Below, piece after piece: positions 59,692 to 64,000 of a stretch of 64,000 bases of DNA. Within the stretch, counting starts at the first letter, position 1; every line of letters starts with the position of its first letter. Location of the stretch: assembly GCA_010093705.1 (NCBI GenBank), contig MU006106.1:399086-463085 (forward strand). The letters are read 5' to 3'. This stretch comes from Patellaria atrata CBS 101060 (lineage: Eukaryota). Made by a program: the position numbers and the translations under genes. The notes under the pieces were generated by a model that saw only the letters and a program-made list of their open reading frames with translations, ran no database searches and was not told the origin of the DNA.

Positions 59692-61480
59692 CAGGCTTTT
59701 CCCGGGTTGCGTTTGGGCGGCTTCGTTGTTGTTTTGGAGACCCGATGGGCTATGATATCAAGGGACGAGTTTTGATGATGTCGTTTTTATATTGATAGCA
59801 CTATGATATGAGACTTTTGGTCATGGGCTTTGTTCTACTGCTGCTCCACTGCTCCACTGCTGTAATGTGTCATTACCGTACCCTCACTACCGCCCGCATT
59901 TGTTTCCATAGCCGCATTTTCGGTGCCACCGTTAATGTATCGCAGCGCGTGAAATGTCAAGCGAACTGGAAATTTACACTTCACGGCACTGTTGTGGATT
60001 GTGTGAGTTTTGTTCAATAACTTTTTAGTAGAGAGATTGGAGTGGGTTGTGGCTGCTGATACAACGACATTATTATACGGAAAGTCCGTGGAGAGATAAA
60101 CACTACCTTATCGAGCGAAGGTGATACAGGACAGGAGACGAGGGTACCTTAAAGTTTTGGTTTTGGATATGGAGGAAGTGAAAGGGGGAAGGGGGTCACA
60201 ACAGGGGAATTGGATTCGGAAGAGTGATTACTGCGATGGTAAGTTTGATTTGGCAGAAGCTGGGGGCGAGTTGGGAAGGAGCTCATAACGAAGAATTGGA
60301 TTTGGAAGGGGAGCTGGGGGGATCGAAAAGCGGATTTCGAAAGGAAACGATGGCAGGAGAGTGAATCTCAAATTCCTGTTTTGTGGAGATGGGGATAAGT
60401 GCCGAAGTGTAGAAATTAGAAAGAGATGGGAACTGAGCCGCGACACGATATCTAGGCGTGCTGAGGATATTGATTGATACTCTTCTTCAAGCAAAAGCAG
60501 GAAGTATTCAAGGTGCCAGTTTTGAATTCGGGTACCTGGAAACCCCCCCCCCGCGGAACTTACGGGAACTGCATTAGTTAGAGGGGGAAATATTGCGATA
60601 TGAGTACTGTGATGTGATGTCCAAGATCTACTCCAATATACGAGGTAGGTGCGCTTACCATCAAGTTTTTGTAATCCGATTCTTGAGGCTGAAGTGAGAT
60701 GCGAGCTGATATAGGAGGGTGTTTGTATATCTGGTCCCGGGAGGTTGGTACAACCTTTCGCGGACTAGGCAGAGAACTCAGGAAGTTGAACTACCGAGCT
60801 CGTCAGCGGGAGCTAGAGGTATCTGAAGACTTGAGATCGGTTAAGAGATTCGGCTGGGCGTGTTGTTGAGCTTACTGTTGTGTTTTGATAATTGGTGTCT
60901 TGCGATCGAGTGCTTGATCTCCGACGTGTGATATTACTAGGTGAGCTGCATATCTGGTTCTTGGTATAGGGCTTGGATGCAAGCTTGGGTATATATGAGC
61001 TTGGTATACTGTCCTATACGTGTCCTTCGTGGCGGAAAATTAGGGCTGTAAATCCGATGGTTTGATTGGAGATAGGAACTACCGATTTCTGGAGGGGAGG
61101 ATGAAGATATTCAGGGGCTGCAGCGTTATTCAGATCTGCCCGAGATCTGGGCGTGCAGTCGATCTGTGTGATTTTCGTCATCCCGACTCTTAAGAGAAGA
61201 TAGTATAGACATAAGGGGATATATTACAGATGTGGAGCACACTGTATATGTACGGATGAGGGTGTGGCTGCCTAGACGGGAGAGCCGTCGCCGGGCAGCG
61301 GGAGGGCGTAATAAGACATGAATGGTGCTTTTAAGAGATCTGGGCGTGCTGGCGCACAATCTCGTCATGATACATGAGGATATGATAGAATCTAGAGAAG
61401 AATCGAAGTTATCTTCTCACGCCTAGATTTGAAGAACTACCGAAATAGGCCAAGAGGTGGCAAGGGGTGCTTGAGATGTC

Positions 61481-61533
61481 TTAAGAGGCTCTGGGCACGT
61501 GAATTGGCTATTAAGAGACTCTGGGCACGTGAA
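61481..61533. repeat. Direct repeat with 30-bp period, TTAAGAGRCTCTGGGCACGTGAA
   Basis: Copies at 61481-61503 and 61511-61533 differ at one position. Confidence 0.85.
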
Positions 61534-62961
61534 GCGTGTTTCTCGAGAGTAATAATAGCAATATTAAGACGGACTTGCTATGAAATATATATTTCTTGGT
61601 GTTTGTGGAGCGTTGTTGCAGATACAGACATTGATGCTGAAGGAGGAATAATGGATGTGAGCAAGTTTAGGAAATGTATGTCTCGGAAAGCTGATTTAAC
61701 ATAACGGCAGTGAAATGAACGTTGGCCGATATTCTTCATGTTCGAGATAAACTGTGATGGTGATGAGATGAGATGAAATACATAAAGATGGCGTGGTTGA
61801 CGGACTGGCAGAGATGTTGGTGAGATTCTTGAGAAGAGGTCGAGGAGAGTGAGGGATGGGAGGTCGTAGTTTCCCTTTCAACTCATCCTTCCCCATCCTT
61901 CCTCCCGTCAGTCCTCATCACCAGAAAGCACCGGACCTCAATTTGTTCCTTTGAAGGTATATACAGGCACTAGAGTACACTTCAAATGCCCATTTCTCTT
62001 TTCCCCCATTCTTCGAAATCTCTTAATTCTCAACACCAAGAAGCAGCAGGAGAAGGAGGCTAACTGGCCTCTTATCACTCTTCTCATTTCCGTCTTCTTT
62101 CCCTTGTTCGCTTCCCTTATCTGCAGCCAAATGGGTTGCCGGGACGTCATACCAAGTTCTTATTCAGCTCCGGTGGCGCGCCGAATCTCTCGGATGGCTC
62201 TTCGGGAGGGTGTGCGCTGACCGGAGAGTGGCAGAGGCTTTGCTACTTTGCCGTCCAACCCCCTCGCTTGGCTGCTTCTTCACCTTAAACCCTAACTCAA
62301 GCATACGACTCAGCAAGAGTGGGCGTTAGTCGAATTAGTTTGGCTTCTAGAGTCTATTTCTATCTTCTACTAAGATATCTCGAGTTTATAGCATCGATCT
62401 GGTTGATAATGATGATAGTTATCGTTGTGATGTTTGAGAGACTGGCTTGTCTGCGAGTCGATTTATCTATTAGTATTTGATATAAGCCAATTACCCCATC
62501 AAGCAGGTCGGGGTGATTACTGTGATCTACGTCGAGGTTACACCACATTTGCACGCTTTCTTGTCTCGCTGAATATCTTTCATTTCACCCGTGATTTCAA
62601 ACCTCCATCATTGCAGCTCCATCACTCTCAGCACCGCTCCTGATCGCAAAAGTTGTCTTGCCCGGTCAAAGAGCTGTCGAAGTTCAAAAGACCAGACAAG
62701 GAGCTTGGAACCGGTTCAGGAATCGCAGGTATAGATTAGTGGACTATACATACGGAGAAAGCAGCACAGTCTGCAATCACACCCGTGAGAAATTATCAAC
62801 CTACCCGTAAGAGCTTGGGATATACGACGCGAACGTCGCATTACTTGGGGTTGTTCGTTGAATACTCCTTGTTTAAAGACCTTCACCGCAGCTATCAATT
62901 CCAGTCGTGAGAAAGAATAAGAATAGCATAGCTCGGATACAATAAGAGTATCCTAACCACC

Positions 62962-64000
62962 ATGGATTCTCACGCCATGAGCTCGGCCATTGAAAGAGAT
63001 CCAGAAAAGTCACATCCGTTAGATCACGGATCTCGTCTGGAAGACAGTGACGGATATGGCAAGGCTGAAATAGGCCCTCAAGATATTGTGATTGACCATG
63101 TGGCGGAAGCAAAATTGGTCAGGAAGCTGGATTTCTATATTATCCCCATGGTCATGTTGTTGTATTTGTTGAGCTTTTTGGACAGGTGAGTACATCATTT
63201 CGTCGCCCGATCCTCTACGTATCCCTTTTCTTTACTTGTGAATGAGCTCTGCTCCTTTCTCCACGAATCTTATTAGGAGTCAATTCACGCTGTAATATCT
63301 TGTAAATACAGCTATAGTCCTAATTCGAGTGTACGAGAATATCTATCTTCTTATTTCCATTTCCTTGAATTATCTGTATATATTGTTATCCATTATCACT
63401 AACCACCAGTACAGGGTAAACATAGGGAACGCAAGGTACTATTCATCTTATTAACAACCTACAACTGTTACAACTAATTCCTGTAGGCTCTACGGCCTGG
63501 AAGATGACCTTAACCTTAACCCGGACCAATTCCAAGTCGCCGTCTCCATCCTTTTCGTAACCTACATCCTCTCAGAATTACCCTCTAATCTTGTTCTTAA
63601 GAAAATTCGTCCCTCACGATGGATCTCCATTATCACCACTATCTGGGGCATCGTTGCAACCCTCACCGGAATCTGTCAGAATTACGGTGGCCTCATCGCC
63701 TGTCGCCTGGCTCTTGGTCTCGTCGAAGGCGGCCTCTTCCCCGGCATGGCCATCTATCTCACCTTCTTCTACACGAAGCGTGAACTAGCCCTGCGTATCG
63801 GATATCTATTCGTCAGCGCGGCGCTTGCTGGTGCTTGCGGCGGTCTACTAGCCTACGCCATTGGGCATATGGAAGGCGTATCTGGCCTTAGAGGATGGCG
63901 CTGGATCATGATCATCGAAGGTCTACCTACTGTCGTTTTGGGGATCGCAACCTGGTTCCTCCTCGCCGACGACCCAGAAACAGCGTTTTACCTCACGCCC
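62962..64000 (+). CDS. MFS transporter, anion:cation symporter (Dal5/Tna1 allantoate-nicotinate) family; runs off the window end
   Basis: EAKLVRKLDFYIIPMVMLLYLLSFLDR|VNIGNAR|LYGLEDDL, ELPSNLVLKKIRPSRW, GLVEGGLFPG, FYTKRELALR, GLRGWRWIMIIEG; 21-nt micro-exon 63415-63435. Confidence 0.92.

Noticed and set aside
60447..61570. CRISPR-like repeat-spacer array
   Set aside because: Eukaryotic context, degenerate repeats, irregular spacing from 30 to about 400 bp, and no cas genes. Kept only as a motif cluster.
63186..63414. TPP riboswitch in the long first intron of the transporter
   Set aside because: No CTGAGA or GATCTGGATAATACCAGCG-like core; the intron is simply AT-rich.

Overview
Intron-rich eukaryotic DNA from a filamentous ascomycete (Pezizomycotina; GT-AG introns mostly 50-90 nt with CTRAC branch sites). 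The window is mostly a gene-dense housekeeping region: about 22 protein-coding genes and one intron-containing tRNA-Ser(UGA). Recognisable genes are a LACTB2-like metallo-beta-lactamase, EFM5, HNT1, apsB/Mto1, metacaspase, an LEA-like protein, SNIP1/Pml1, PDI1, ATG22, MED14, MIC26/27, OCT1, CWH43, UTP6, an ICT1/Pth4-like hydrolase, a NAB3-like RRM protein, a ubiquitin-AN1 zinc-finger fusion and two MFS transporters; three ORFs remain unassigned. I found no intact transposon, biosynthetic gene cluster, CRISPR array or rRNA, and I cannot support a definite new multi-gene system. The best unexplained signals are: (i) repeated sharp C/A-rich to G/T-rich strand-skew switch points that cut through coding sequence regardless of gene orientation, (ii) an unusually long, hairpin-forming intron in the metacaspase gene, (iii) a perfect 27-bp palindrome between ATG22 and MED14, (iv) a degenerate ~20-bp motif array and a structured element upstream of the last transporter, and (v) a tRNA-like relic. 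Gene models were spliced by hand; product calls come from recognised motifs, not database searches.
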